A stretch of 64,000 nucleotides of DNA, from positions 8,558,001 through 8,622,000 of the forward strand of contig NC_087263.1 in assembly GCF_037042905.1 (NCBI RefSeq), read 5' to 3'. Shown in pieces: positions 50,349 to 64,000 of the stretch (position 1 is the first letter of the stretch; every line of letters begins with the position of its first letter). The position numbers were made by a program, and so were the translations under genes. Below the pieces are notes generated by a model, which saw only the letters and a program-made list of their open reading frames with translations, searched no databases and was not told the DNA's origin. Origin of the DNA: Lytechinus pictus. Its lineage: Eukaryota.

Positions 50349-52314
50349 GTTGTAAAACAGCCGGGTAAAACACCCATAAAGGCAAAATATTATATTTTTA
50401 TCGGCAACATATTTGCATCACATCACCATAAATTAAATACATCAGAATAGGCGTATACCCATTGAACTTCGCCAGAATGGGCTTGCCCAAAAATTTCAAA
50501 CACAAATTTCTTTTTTTCCCCCGAAAGTCATCACCGCTTGGAAGTAGGCGACTTTCCCGCCCCAAAATTTTCTTATTCCTACAATAGTGCAATCCGTCAC
50601 GAACACCATGCACGATTGGCCTTTGATAACTGATCTCCAAAATAGTTGAACCGTATTCCAACACTTTCTACGATCAATACGATCGCCTTGACTGATCTGA
50701 TACTTTCTGATACGATTAATTATTCCGCGATTATATGCCTCTTGGAAGCGGGGGGGGGGGAGCTGGGGATGCGGCATGTATTATTTTCCATGGGCAGCAC
50801 CCCCTGGAATTCTGATAGGTGTCAAATTTGAGAAATGTATGGAATGACCAATGATGTTTTTCTTTTGCTTTGTCAATTTTTTTTCTGCAGGTAACCCCAC
50901 CAAAAAAAAAATCGTGACAGTGTGAACTGAGCACATTTTTTTTCAATCATAAAAAATGATTATTATATTATTTTCCCCATGAGTTGTGAAATTTTGACAC
51001 GCCGGGATCTCCTTGGTCCCAATCCCAATATGAAGAATACATTTCCTCGGCTATAAAACAACAGTTATCATTCGTTTTTCCTATATTTATAGCAGGAAAA
51101 TGGGAGTCCCAATTCCCGGTTCCACTTTCATTGCTAAATAAGTATACGTTATGCCAATCAAGATGTGAGTGATGTCTTTGTCCTGCTCACGTCGCCACGC
51201 GCCATTCACATTTTTTCAACAGTTGAACTGCTCGTGCACACACTGTATGCGTGTATCCCGGAGGCCTATCTTCCTCTCATTTGTTGCAATAAAAGTTAAT
51301 CTTTCCATCTATTTTTAATTGTTTATTGTTTATTTAATAAGGGGTAGCCCATTCAACAACAGCTCCCATGGGGCGCCCCTATCTATTATTCGTCATTGGT
51401 ATCCATTTGTCTTTGTCCATCCATTCTTGGGGTTAGGCCTATACATTCATCGGATGATCCATTCATATATATGCCTATTCATCCATCTATTCATTATTTC
51501 AGTCATCCATCCATCCATCCACTGATGGATTGATTAGGCCTATAGGCTACCCCCATCCTCCCCATACTGGAGAAATACTCTGCGACCCATTCTCTGGAAA
51601 TCCTTATTGATACACGTTTCAAAGCAGACGTAAATTACTATCCCCTCGGACGTTGCTTCTCCAAGTTTGCTTAGTCTTCTTTCACGTACTTCGTTGCCCT
51701 GTTTCAAACGGCATGACTTGTAAAGTTCTGTTGTAAAACATGCCGGTCGGCCCCCGGGGTCGGCTCCGAAATTCACCCCTCTGCATACCTAGAGCGCAAC
51801 GGTTCTACCATAGACCATAGCGCCGCGCAATATTGAATATACTCAACTTCTCATTACTCCACATCTAGCTACAAGCTTTCTTGTGTGGCTGCAAGAATAA
51901 GAGTTTTCTGAGAAATCTTGCCCCTTACGTCTACCCCCCCTAATTTTTTTTGCTTTCGCTCATGACGCCTCTGCTCTGCTTGTAAAGATTGACCAAATAA
52001 CACTGTATTCTAAATTTGCGATTTGATGCATTATGGTCGCATACACACACTTTCACGGTCTACACGATGTAGACTACAATACATACTTCGCATCAACAGG
52101 TTTCTCAGCTCACCTTTTGACCTCGCAAGTTCAGTCTAAACAACGAAGAATAATCCTACTTTCATGTCAATACTGTGTGTCCTCCATGGTCCCATCAACT
52201 TTTATCTTCCTTTTATGTTTTACTATTTTGAAAATAATCGTTTTTCTCTTCGCCCTTCCCTTTCTTCATACTCGGCCCTAGACAGAATGGGGATGGCCGT
52301 CTATATATATATAC

Positions 52315-52584
52315 ATATGAAAATTTTTCATCTCGCTCTTTGCGCTCGCTTCAATATTGTTTAGTTAAAATTAGATGACAATCCTGTTCATGATTACCAC
52401 ATGTGCTTAGAATGTCAAAATTTTAGGTCAGAATATCAATCACTTGGGCTTAAAAAGTGATTGATATTCTGAACTAAAATTCTGACATTCTAAGCACTTT
52501 TGGTAATCATGAACAGGATTGTCATCATAGATATCTCTGATTGTCATCTACCTAACAATATTGATGCGAGCGCAAAGAGCGAGG
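52315..52584. repeat. Hairpin formed by one satellite unit and its inverted copy
   Basis: Arms ~52332-52445 and 52455-52583, loop gggcttaaa. Confidence 0.9.
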
Positions 52585-53265
52585 TGGCCGTCAAATCAAA
52601 CTCGGCCCTTGCCCTTCTTTGGGATTCTCGTATCTCTTTTAGTCTTGGAGTACTTTCAGATTCATGACATTAGATTCCGAAAGTAAGCCGTATTGGGCAA
52701 TCCTTCGCTTCGTCATTCACGTTCGATAATCCAAGTGTCTGAATCCTTATTCTCGTACGATACAATCATGGAGCTATAGCTCCATATAATATGCTTGTCC
52801 AGTGTGTGCTATCGCTAATAGTGGATTATGGTAAACGTGCATGCAGAGCGCAAGCATATCGCTAGCTAGTCCACCTCCTGGACTGTTGGTATTTTGTACG
52901 ATACGACTACCAAACACAACACACTACATCCCCATTACACGCATACACACACCCCCTGAATAGTCACACGAAACAACATTCTTTTTCGGGGAAAGTGAAT
53001 CAGTGGGTTAGGTGAATCACTGGGGGTAAGTGAATCAGTGGAGGGCGTGTGTGTGTTAGTTATGTGTGCGCGTGGGGGTACCGGTACGGTCCGATAAGGT
53101 TTGCCCCTGGTTTGCCCAATCAATAAAAATCGTCCAGGACGTGGACTAATCGCTAGCCGGCTAGCATAGGCTCATTGAGCTTGCACGCAACGTTCGGTGT
53201 TTGCTTCTACTCAGCTACTTCTGCACACAGCGCTGCACTTTGTTCATACGGGGATTTCTTGATAC

Positions 53266-53376
53266 GGCGCATGCGCCATGACGTATTTCATCAATATGCA
53301 TGAGGTTGTAATGAATATGCATGATTCGAACGGTGTTCTAATATCAATTTATTTGTTAACTCGAGAGGGCGGAAAC
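53266..53376. promoter_or_regulatory. Promoter-like cluster with an NRF1-type palindrome
   Basis: GGCGCATGCGCC (53266-53277), TGACGT, two AATATGCATGA, GGGCGGAA; adjacent CpG-richer DNA at 53040-53260. Confidence 0.4.
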
Positions 53377-54512
53377 AAAATATATCGGTTAAACGATATA
53401 TTATAATATATATTTCACCCCTCAATATCATGAAAACAGAAGAGTTATACCAATTTCTTTTGAGTGATAAAGTAGAGCATTGATATAGATATTTAATGAA
53501 AATAATATCTTTACAATTGATTCACTGACCTTGTCTGAGATCAACCAATCATACACTATACCTTTAAAAAAAAAATTAACATTCATTTAACATGAAAATC
53601 GCCGTTAATTTACAAATACGAACACTATACGATAGATGCACTGCAATCAACGTAAAACACAATAGTTCGTTGGCACTTTTACAAAGATTATCATATTTTA
53701 CTTGTTTTACATTCAATTTTTAATTCTACATTACTTATCACTGCATAAATACGTTTGGTTCGTTAAATGATTGTGTCGTCTGTTTTTAAAAGGTAAACGT
53801 CCTATCCTGTAAATTTACGATTTTTCTTTGTGAAATAACTAGTATTTTTAACAGTGTACTGAGTGGTGTTTATACACACAGACATGTTTATTATCATATT
53901 ATTTTTTTTTGGCATCTGTAGACCAAAAATTTCAATTTCTTCAATCCTGGAAGAAGGCCATGCCTGTGAAATTCTGTCAAGCAAAAAGTCTGCACTCAAC
54001 TGCCCATTACCCCCCCCCCCCCCTCCCCATTATCCCTCTCCTTCCCTTTACGCTTGTGCCGGTGACACGTTTTCATTTTCATGATTTGGTTGCACTTCTT
54101 TATGACTTTGGCACGACAGAATTTCCTTGGATATACGCGGTAACGTGATAAAAAAGTAATTACAGCATGTACCGTAGAGTTGTCCAATATGTTTTCGAGA
54201 AAGAAAATTATCCCATCTTAAATGTGAATCTGTCGAAATGAAAAACAAAATCAAAATTACTAATGCATCGAGGAAGATCGTCCCTTAAGCGCTAAATCTG
54301 TTCCCAATAAACGATCACATGAATTCGTATTAGCAAAGAAATGTGCCTTCTGCTGCCATATTATGTCACGTTAATGGATGATATTTTTTTTCCCCGCAAC
54401 CACAAAATTAATTCTGCCACTGCGACGTAATTGATACCTGGGTTGCTAAGAAAATCACACCTAGCATGCCTAGTGATAACCCCAACCAGTTTCTCTCCAT
54501 TTCGCTGATCTC

Positions 54513-54644
54513 AGGTTCGTAACACAAAGCTTGGGAATCAATCGTAGAACATTTTTCTACGATTGATTGCATTGACTACGAAGTACAATCAATCGCGAGA
54601 ATCAAGCGTACGATTAATCGCTAGTCTTTATGTTACGGGATCCA
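54513..54644. mobile_element. Short palindromic MITE
   Basis: cgtaacacaaag ... ctttatgttacg; internal aatcaatcgtagaa / ttctacgattgatt. Confidence 0.6.
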
Positions 54645-55211
54645 GATGTAATCTAGTAGATTCTGGTCGAAATAATCAAGTTAATCATGGAATAGTTTTA
54701 TTCAACCGCACATCTACTTTAAGATTTTGAAAGAAGCTTCGTGTCTACCGACCTATATTGATTTTCTTGCATCACTCGTCATTTATTGCGTGTCTTTAAG
54801 ATTGATGGGATAGTATCAAGTAGTAGTTAAAATACTAGTAAAATATCACGAGAAACGACATTTTAAACATGTATTCGTGTCACTTATTAGTACTAGCAGT
54901 TCTCCCTTTTAGCTGAATTGCGTATTCGCCGATGAAATTTCGAGATTTGGGGGGGGGGGGGCGGGTTTTATGCTCGCACAAATTCTTCGTCTCGTTCGAG
55001 TTGATATTTAAGAGCCGCATTTTCCAATTTTCCTACACTCCGTTCTTGTTTTTGTTCATACCATCAAAACTATACTTTATTTGCATGTATGTATGCCAAA
55101 GATTTAATACATTTTTTCTTTTCTTTTTGCATTGTGTTTGACTCTTACTCGATACATATGCTATTTATATTCTCTATTCCATTTTATATCAAGTTGATTT
55201 GATCTGATTAC

Positions 55212-55796
55212 CTACTACTGCTACTACTACTACTTATACTGCTACTACTATTACTACTACTACTACTACTACTACTAATGCTACTACTACTACTACTACT
55301 ACTACTATTACTAATGCTACTACTACTACTACTACTACTACTACTATTACTAATGCTACTAGTACTACTACTACTACTACTTATACTGCTACTACTATTA
55401 CTACTACTACTACTTCTACTACTACTACTACTACTAATGCTACTACTACTACTACTACTACTACTATTACTAATGCTACTAGTACTACTTCTACTAGTTC
55501 TACTTCTACTACTACTACTACTATTATTATTACTAGTACTTCTACTCCTTGTACTATTACTACTAATACTACTTCCACTACTACTACTAATGCTACTTCT
55601 TCTACTACATCTACTACTACTACTACTATTACTACTACTACTACTTCTCCTTCTAATGCTTCTACCGATATCTACTATATACTCCTACTACTGCTAGTAC
55701 TACTACTACTACTACTACTGCTGCTGCTACTACTGCTTCTGCCACTACTATACATTTACTATACTATTATTACTACTACTACTTCTATTACTACTT

Positions 55797-55840
<44 letters not shown>

Positions 55841-55860
55841 GCTGCTGCTGCTACCACCAC
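55212..55860. repeat. (CTA)n microsatellite
   Basis: Long imperfect ctactacta tract. Confidence 0.97.
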
Positions 55861-56139
55861 CATCGCCACCACCATCCCATCCATCGCCACCAGCATAATT
55901 ATTATCACACTGTAGAAGGGCATAAACAATTTGATTTCCAATCATGTTGTATAAATTACCTATCCAAATTGTGATAAATTCATGAGTCAAATCGGAAATT
56001 ACATTTCTTCTAGGCAATCGACTATTATCTCGGATGATTGCACTGATTTCCTGTCACTACAAGACACGCCGTTCCTATCGACATTGACATAATCAATAAT
56101 CTCAATATCGGTCTTATACGGTTACAAAGAGAAAGTACA

Positions 56140-56283
56140 AAAAAAGAAAGAAAGAAAGAAGACAGAAAGAAATAATTCAAAGTAAAAAGAAATTAAAAGA
56201 AAGAAATAAATAAAGAAAGAAAGAGAAAGAAAGAAATAAAGAGAGGAGGAGGAAGGAGAGTAGGAGAAAGAAAGAAAGAAATA

Positions 56284-56342
<59 letters not shown>

Positions 56343-56355
56343 GGAGAGAGAGAGA
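56140..56355. repeat. (AAAG)n microsatellite
   Basis: aagaaagaaaga tract. Confidence 0.95.
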
Positions 56356-56839
56356 TAACGATATACAGAAAGAAATATAAATTATGCATTGTATCATTAA
56401 ATCTAAAGTTGATATAATTATAGTCAGACATGAAATAGTAAAATATTCGTTTTATGTTAAAAAAAAATGAATAAAGAAGAAAATAGTCGGCACTCTTTTA
56501 AACAAATAGACAACAATTTCAACGGATTGATCAACTTATTTCACGGTAAAGGCTTTAATAGATCTCAACTGAGCCCTTTATTTATTAGAAAGCATATTCT
56601 CGTATTCGTGTATAATATTTTTACATCTAAATATGCAATGTGCATAATTTTTGGGTTGTAAATAATATTTCATCCAAAATTATGTTTATAGCCCCATCTA
56701 TTGCTCAAATCTAACACATTCAAATTGAGAATCTGCTTTTTTGAGCTCACCATATTCCATAGATGGACAGGTTTTTTTTGTGTGTGTGTATTATGGCCGT
56801 TAGAAATTTGTATGATCACTACAGATAACTGCTGCTCAA

Positions 56840-56887
56840 TTACTACTACTTCTATTTATATTTTTACTACTACTGCAACTACAACTT

Positions 56888-56930
<43 letters not shown>

Positions 56931-56968
56931 AAAAACTACTACTACTATTGCTACTACTACTACTACTT

Positions 56969-57028
<60 letters not shown>

Positions 57029-57290
57029 ATACTACTTCTTATACCACTCTTACTTATACTACAACTACTACTACTACTACTACATACTACTTCTACTGTC
57101 ATTACTACTACTAATACTACTATTACCGCTGCTGCTACTACTACTATTACTACTACTACTACTACTACTATTACTACTACTACTTCTATCTAATGCTGCT
57201 GCTGCTACTACTACTGCTACTACAATTTCTACTACTACTACTACTACTACTGCTGCTGCTGCTGTTACTTCTACTACCAGTACTACTATT
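56840..57290. repeat. (CTA)n microsatellite
   Basis: Long imperfect ctactacta tract. Confidence 0.97.
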
Positions 57291-57866
57291 ATTCATAATG
57301 ACAATTACACCGATAACATTTATAATCACGATTCTGTTATTGCTGATGAAAAAGGCACTAAAAATAATATTCGTTGTATAGAACGACATCTTTATAGGCA
57401 TATCTATGATTAGAAAGTAAGTAACTAGATTAAAACCATTTTCCCATCTAAATTCTGACAAAATTACTTAATACACTATTGTTATCTGTTTATGAACCTG
57501 ATGTGACGTGAGACGTTCTTTTATCCGGCCACTCACCACCCTCATCCCTATTCCATCCTCTTCACATTGACATAAACAAGACAGTATTATGCGCTTGCGG
57601 CTATTATATTTATGCTCAAAGTAGAAGTACTTGATTTTATTGATTATTATCAATGCCTTGCAAAGAGGGAAAGAGCGATTAAACTCAACTGAGCGTTGTG
57701 GCGTTGCGGCTTAAATCTTTTAAACGTCGGAAGTTTTCATCTGATTCAGAGGTCAGTGGTTCGAGAATCACCCTTAGACATATCTTCTTCCTGATAATAT
57801 TAAAAGGCGGTTGAACTATATTTTTTCATATATTGAAATGAGATTGATAATATTTTTTTTTCATCT

Positions 57867-58025
57867 GTGGAGCGTTTCATGAAAGGATTTGTCGGACGAT
57901 TTATCCGACAAGTCACATTCTATCCGACAGTTACCATAGTAACAGTGCCTCTCAGCCAATCAGAATCAAGGAAAGATGTCAGATCTGACAACTTGTCAGA
58001 CAAAAATGTTGATGAAACGGTCCCC
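57867..58025. mobile_element. Short palindromic MITE with a central X-box and CCAAT
   Basis: gga.cgtttcat / atgaaacggtcc termini; GTTACCATAGTAAC (57930-57943); AGCCAATCAG. Confidence 0.75.
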
Positions 58026-60103
58026 TAAAGTGCTGAAATACATAATTACTTGATACACACATTTGGGTAATTACTTTACTAAACAAAGTAGGGCATGTAA
58101 ATGGTATTGCACCCTTTTTTTAGATTGCAATATTATATTTTTGTTCTCAACAATTGCATTTGTAATAGTTTTTACAGAAACTTTTGATAAAATTTTCTCT
58201 GCCAGAAGTTGATTTGACCTTTGATTTTTTTTTTTGGAAAATCATTGTCACACTCCAGCGAGGAAAGGTGCTGCTATCGACCGAGCGATCGATACTAATA
58301 ATGCATGGCTAAAGTGCGAAAGTATCGATTGCACATTGACCGTGGGTTAGTGCTCTGCGGAACTTCAAACTTTGCAATAGTTTTTGTTATTATCAATAAT
58401 CAGTGTATATTTGTTGCTAGCAGCGTGTGTTTACTGGGGGAAATCATAATAAATGGTTAACATATACAAAAAAAACAAGATTTTTTTTTCAAAGAAACGC
58501 TCGATACATGTACCTGAAACGTAAATATACCTTATTGATAACAGTTGAAGGTTTACTTACGTCACAAACGACAGTAATTATAATGTATGATATGTAATTA
58601 TCAATGACCAACTTCCAGTTTCACTGTCTAAATAAGAGGGAGTTTATGGAATGATTATCACAAATTTATATCATATTAATCACTAACCCTAACCTAACCC
58701 TTTACCCTAACACTATGGATTAAACTTACATGTTTTACTAAATGGCGGAGATTTGACCAGGCCATGGATATATCGTTCATGCCTTTTTAATAAATGACAA
58801 AAAAGATGGAATTTGAATAAACACGTACATAACTCGGCGTCTCCCTTTAGACTGATAAATGTCAAGCAAACATAATGGTCGATATAAATAGATCATATAA
58901 TCATTCACACGCCAAATTTTGTCCCCCCCAAAAATCGATTTGGGGCACGTATCATGCCCACTGCTTGATTTATACGGACATTGATATTTCTTGGATTCGA
59001 AATGAAAGTTTGTCAAGTTCATTGGCAGACTTTCTCTCCTGTCAAATCTGCTGTCTCCATATTCATCAAATGTTTGACGTTGTATTTCACCCCGTTCTAC
59101 ATTTTTTTTCCATCTTATAAGTATTACTGTTTTCATAGAGTGTTTCAAAGTTAGACTGACGGACTGATAAATTGATATCGTTTTTTTTTATTACGTCAGA
59201 CAAGATTGATGGAGAATCGTTCACGCCTGACTTAATTGAAAACCTAATTGATGTGTCAATTTACATCACAGGTGACAGATTTAATTAGGCAAAATTCCAA
59301 GGCAGTTTCGATTATTGGGCTGCCCAGTGAGTATATTGGTGATTAATAATATCAAAACTTCTTTTAAAGTCGCGTTACTAGTATTGTTTTAATGAAATTA
59401 TATTTTAGTTTAATTGCTTAAATTCAACACTGCGAAATATGTGAAAACTGTTGATTTATGGTTTTGGGTAAATTCTTCTTATGAATAATAGATATAGAAT
59501 AAGGTGGGGGAGGGCGCTTTGATCTGAAATGATTTTGAATTTTGCTGATGATGGGCGTGATTTGATATATGATATATCACTTAAATGTCTTCGTCACCAG
59601 CCGCGCGTTAGTTCGTGCATGATTGTAAACTCAAGGATTTTTGAACGCCACACTGGGTTATCGTAGCTATACATACATGTAGCAGGGGCAGCGTAACACT
59701 TAAGAGGGGGGCATATAAACGTTTTGAACATGCATAAAATCGCGATCCCATTGTCATCATTTGCAGGATTTTCTACATGATCAACGAGAAAAGGTGTGGG
59801 CGGGCTGGGAGGGGGGTTGAGCCTCTTCCTTGACTCGCATCCCTTTTCCAGTCATTTCTGACTAGGATGTCGGTAAAACTACATGTATAAGCAAACTATC
59901 AGATGCACCCATCTGACTACTGATCTAGTCAATTTGACTGATGTGCTTTTAAAGTGTATCATTCATTTCCTTATGCCTAGTATTTTAAATACTTAAGAAT
60001 TTTGCCTGTTTGATAACAACGCCAAATGTTTTCTTGATCTCAAGAACCCGATCGCCTGATATTTCAACAATTGAATATTTGCTGATATCAAGAAAAAAAA
60101 TTA

Positions 60104-60334
60104 CACTCTAAATTCCAAGGATTTATAATAAATCCATATCGGCTAAGAAAAGTGACCAGCCGAATTTTGAATTTATTATCAATCATAAGGATTGAATTTA
60201 AGTCTCAAAAGATTTAAATGCAAATCTTTTAGATTTATATTTAAATCAACAAGGTTTTAATCTAAATCAAATATTCGGCTGGTCACTATTCACAGCCGAT
60301 CTGGATGTATTTTGAATCCATGGAATTTAGAGTG
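60104..60334. mobile_element. CACT-ended palindromic MITE
   Basis: cactctaaattcca.ggatt ... aatccatggaatttagagtg; internal gtgaccagccgaat / attcggctggtcac. Confidence 0.8.
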
Positions 60335-61665
60335 TTCCTGAGCAAACGGCTTGCCATACTACGTCCACAAACGCGTACTAACCGTCCAGGTGTGACGCCC
60401 CAATTACTTGCCACTGATAACACATTTTATGGAACATTGCTCACATTGCCATAAAGCCCCTTTAACACCTTAGAGAAAAAATAAAAATACTTAAAAAAAA
60501 ACAAAAAAAAAACAGACGTGTGATGAAATAAATGACTTAAAAATGTAATGCTTTCAAAAATCAGAGCAGAAATACCGTATGTGTTTTTGTATGTATTTAA
60601 TCGATTTTTTTTTCTTTCCTGTTCTGACGCATTTGTTAATTTTAAATAGTGGGCTTCTGTGTACCGAAGCTATTGAGGCAATGTTTTATTTGTCTTTATT
60701 TCATGTGATTTATTGCATGTGAAGTTCTTGTTTTGTCACGTTTTGAAATTTCATGGGAGTAGGAAACTCGAACAAATATTGACTGGAGTGTATGTGGGCA
60801 TGTGTGGGCTGCAATAGAGAAGAGAGAGAAAGGGAACGAGAAGGAGAGTGAGTGTATGTGAGAGAGAGGGGGAGAGAGCGAGAGAGGGGAAAGATAAAGA
60901 CCAATAAAGATAGGAAGAGTGGGAAACAAAAAGCTACCATTAAATTGTGATTTTGTGCGTATTAAGCACCCCTCCCCCATAAATTCGACCCTAGCTTCAA
61001 CTGCCAATCTCATTCCGCGGCTACCGGTGAAGGGGGGGGGGGAGGTGGGGTTGGTCAGTGATTATTCCTTGTAGTGGGGAAAACATGGGTATAAGTAACG
61101 TACCTTAACGCTTTAAGTTCAAAAGTGCAGAAAATGGTCCCAGACGAGTGTGTGGGTGTTTGTTTGTGCGCGCGGGTGTGAGGGCGCATACATGAATAAG
61201 AAAATTGCCAGGTAGTACATGTATTTGTGAGTTTTGGCTCAACTGAACACAATTCCCCCTGGCAAATGACCATTTCCATTTACTCGTCAGACCCAACTGA
61301 CACGAATCCTTTCATTTCGGACACCCTCCTAGTACTCACACCTTCAAGGACTGAGAAAAGGAAAGAAAGATGGAGACGAAAGGGCAGACAGGGGGTGGTA
61401 TTGAGAGACGAATAGAGAGAGAGAGAGGGAGAGAGATGGGATAGGAAGGAGGGGGGGGGGGGTGAGCGATGTGGAATAGTATAAGAAAGGACCCTTCTCG
61501 CATCAACTCGAGCTACCAGAATCAAATTACCTATCCTTTTTCCCTCCTCAAAAGTCAAACATGTCTTATTCGTCTTTTGTACATTTTCACAACTTATACG
61601 TACTCTTTATCTCCCTTTTTTTCTTCCATGTTCTTGTCCCCAGCTTGAAACATCCAACGTCAGCC

Positions 61666-61678
61666 GTTGCTAGGCAAC
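61666..61678. promoter_or_regulatory. Consensus RFX X-box
   Basis: GTTGCTAGGCAAC, flanked by ACGTCA and AGGAAG, in non-repetitive DNA. Confidence 0.45.
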
Positions 61679-63619
61679 AGGAAGACATCTGACCAAGTCA
61701 ACGAGAGGAGTGACTCTGCGATGCAGCTCGATAAAGGTAATTTGCAAGGCAATGTTTAACGACATGCCAAATAAATCAATGATCAAACATACCTTGAAAT
61801 CATGAACCTCATCTTTTTCCTTTCTTTTCCTTCTCGCTTCTCCTTGCACCCTCCGCCTGTTTCTGCCGCTAGATTGGATTTTCGACGACTGACAATATCG
61901 ACTTTACCAGAGGTGATGGTTAAAGATCACCAACTTAGAATCTAAAATCATCAATAATGCAATGAAGGCGAAGCAATTTGTAATACCATGAGTTACCCCA
62001 GAGCCCAAGGTTATTAACAGCGTGGCTAAATTATGGGTGTTTTTCTTACAGCAATATGAATTACCTTGTCGTCAGGTGTTAGGCCGATTCGAGGGTCTTA
62101 TCACGTCACCAGAATTTGTTTGATCAACTAATATGCTTGTTAAATATGAGCGTTCTAACTATTTTATTTGGTGAAAATGAAATTACACGTAACTAATACG
62201 AATTGAGATTCTTTACCTACACTCGCAGAGAATGATTTACCAACCTATGGTTACCTAAGGTTAAAATACGAACCTACCAATTTGTTGGTTAAAACAAACA
62301 CGCATGTACAATGAATTCGGATTTTTAAACTACACTCGGTGAATGTTTTACCAACCTATAACATGATTTGAACAAAAGAAAACAAAAACATGCAAAGCAT
62401 GCAAAGTGATATGTTTCTTTTAATATCCTACAGTTCTTAGATTAGATTTTTTTAAATATTTTGTTTTAAGCTGAGCCGACATTTGATGCAGCAAATTTTT
62501 CTTCTATAAAAGTAGTGCCTAACAACTTAATCACCAGATAATAAAATACAACAGCAAAAGCCAATTAACAGTAACTGATCCACATTCAATAAACATGAAA
62601 TGGAAAGCTTTGCCAATTTGTTTTTCGAAATGAAAGATTGACGTCAGCCACATGAAATATACATGCGTATATAATTTAATAATTAATCGGGAAAAACACA
62701 AAGGGTAATTTTGAAGTCTGGGCACACAATCAAGTAATGAATTCCATATCGAAATTGCTTTCTGTTTCCCGCCCTGCATGAAATATTCATGAAATCATGT
62801 CGCATGTAACGTGTGATGTACCACTTTGTCTTTTGGTGTATGAATACTTGATAAGAGTGTATTATTCACTATTCCCTGGGTATGTATGATGGGCCATCGC
62901 TTTGCCTCAATCGTGCAAAACAGCTTTCAAATTCACGTTGTCATCATTACCTCGATTGCGAAGAAAAGGGTACTAAGAGGAATGAAAGAAAAAAAAAATG
63001 TTTGTTGTTAATTCATGTACTTAGTGTTTTGAAATGTAATGACGCAAAGCTTAAGCATTTAGCCTTTTTTTTTTACTAAATTGAAATGTTTGATCGTTAT
63101 TTCTAGCATTCGTTTTTCATTCGGGCGAGACACGGAATTGCCAAATGGCAGTACTTTGCTTTCCAAGGCTTTTTATACGGTTTTGAATGGAGATTGTGGG
63201 AGCTGGACTATGGGTATAAATGTGTAGGTATATGAAGAGGCGGATTTTTTTATTTTAGGGGGGGGGGGGCTACAAGCCTACATTTCCCCAACGTACACAA
63301 CCACAATATCTCATGCATTTGCCCCGCCATTCCTGATGCATATTTCATGGTGTTTGATTAGATCAAAATGTCAACATAGTTCCTCATTCCCCTTGATGAA
63401 AGTAAGGATAAATCTTCCTAATAGAGATGCTCATTTGGGATGTCTCTATAGCCACCTTGACATGGTATGCGTGTTCCGACTTTTCGTTGTTTCTTAAGGT
63501 GCTATACAACTGTGGCAAGGATAATATTGCACACGGTAACACTAACCATAATGGTTATTATATTATAATAAAAATATTGGCGATGACGCAATTTTAATGT
63601 AGGAAAAATAAAATGAAAT

Positions 63620-63808
63620 ATTGATGATAATGATAATTAACAATATTAGTAATAATCATACAATAATGCATAGGATGATGATGATGATGAAGATGATGAT
63701 GATAATGTCGATAATAATGATAATAATAATAAGAAGAATAAATAATATTAATAATCATCAACATCATCATCATCGTCCTCATCATTATCATCGTAATAAT
63801 GACTATTA
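63620..63808. repeat. (GAT/AAT/CAT)n low-complexity tract
   Basis: gatgatgat, aataataat and catcatcat runs. Confidence 0.85.
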
Positions 63809-64000
63809 GTAAACCTCTAACTATACTTCTCAAGTTTATTTTCTGTGCATTTTTTTCAAACACTTTAGGTCTACTCAAAGTCGCTCAGATTGCCTTTTAA
63901 AGACGAGAATCTGAATATGAATATGGGCTTAAAAAACATTTTCCCAACGAAAAGTGAATTGAAATAATACAAAAGAAAGAAATCCGTCTCTTCTGTCATT

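Noticed and set aside
55278..57461. Poly-Leu/Thr/Ser/Val ORFs
   Set aside because: They are translations of (CTA)n and (AAAG)n microsatellites.
57691..57772. Additional tRNA/SINE head
   Set aside because: Only fragmentary A/B-box-like sequence (tgtggc...ggttcgag); too degenerate to call.
58683..58712. Interstitial telomeric repeat (CCCTAA)
   Set aside because: Only about four degenerate units; more likely a remnant within a small repeat element.

Overview
AT-rich, intron-containing eukaryotic DNA. The repeat landscape (tRNA-derived SINEs, Kolobok/T2-like, Tc1/mariner, hAT, Harbinger and IS3EU-type MITEs) suggests an invertebrate deuterostome such as a sea urchin; this is inference. The only protein-coding gene I can support is the 3' part of a CLCA-family (calcium-activated chloride channel regulator) gene on the + strand. 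It has 10 exons from 3610 to the stop at 16639, with consistent GT-AG phases, giving about 601 aa: most of the vWA domain, the beta-rich region, an FnIII-like region, a transmembrane helix and a short tail. A candidate 12-nt micro-exon lies at 7448-7459. The N-terminal exons are upstream of the window. The remaining ~47 kb is non-coding and holds many non-autonomous transposons (some nested, several with exact TSDs), satellites with higher-order structure, fold-backs, microsatellites and a few promoter/enhancer-like motif clusters. The most notable cryptic element is a minimal type I hammerhead ribozyme of the Penelope-like-element kind on the minus strand (38947-38985). There is no CRISPR array, rRNA or true tRNA. 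Nearly all ORFs in the supplied track are spurious. All calls were made by eye, with no searches run.
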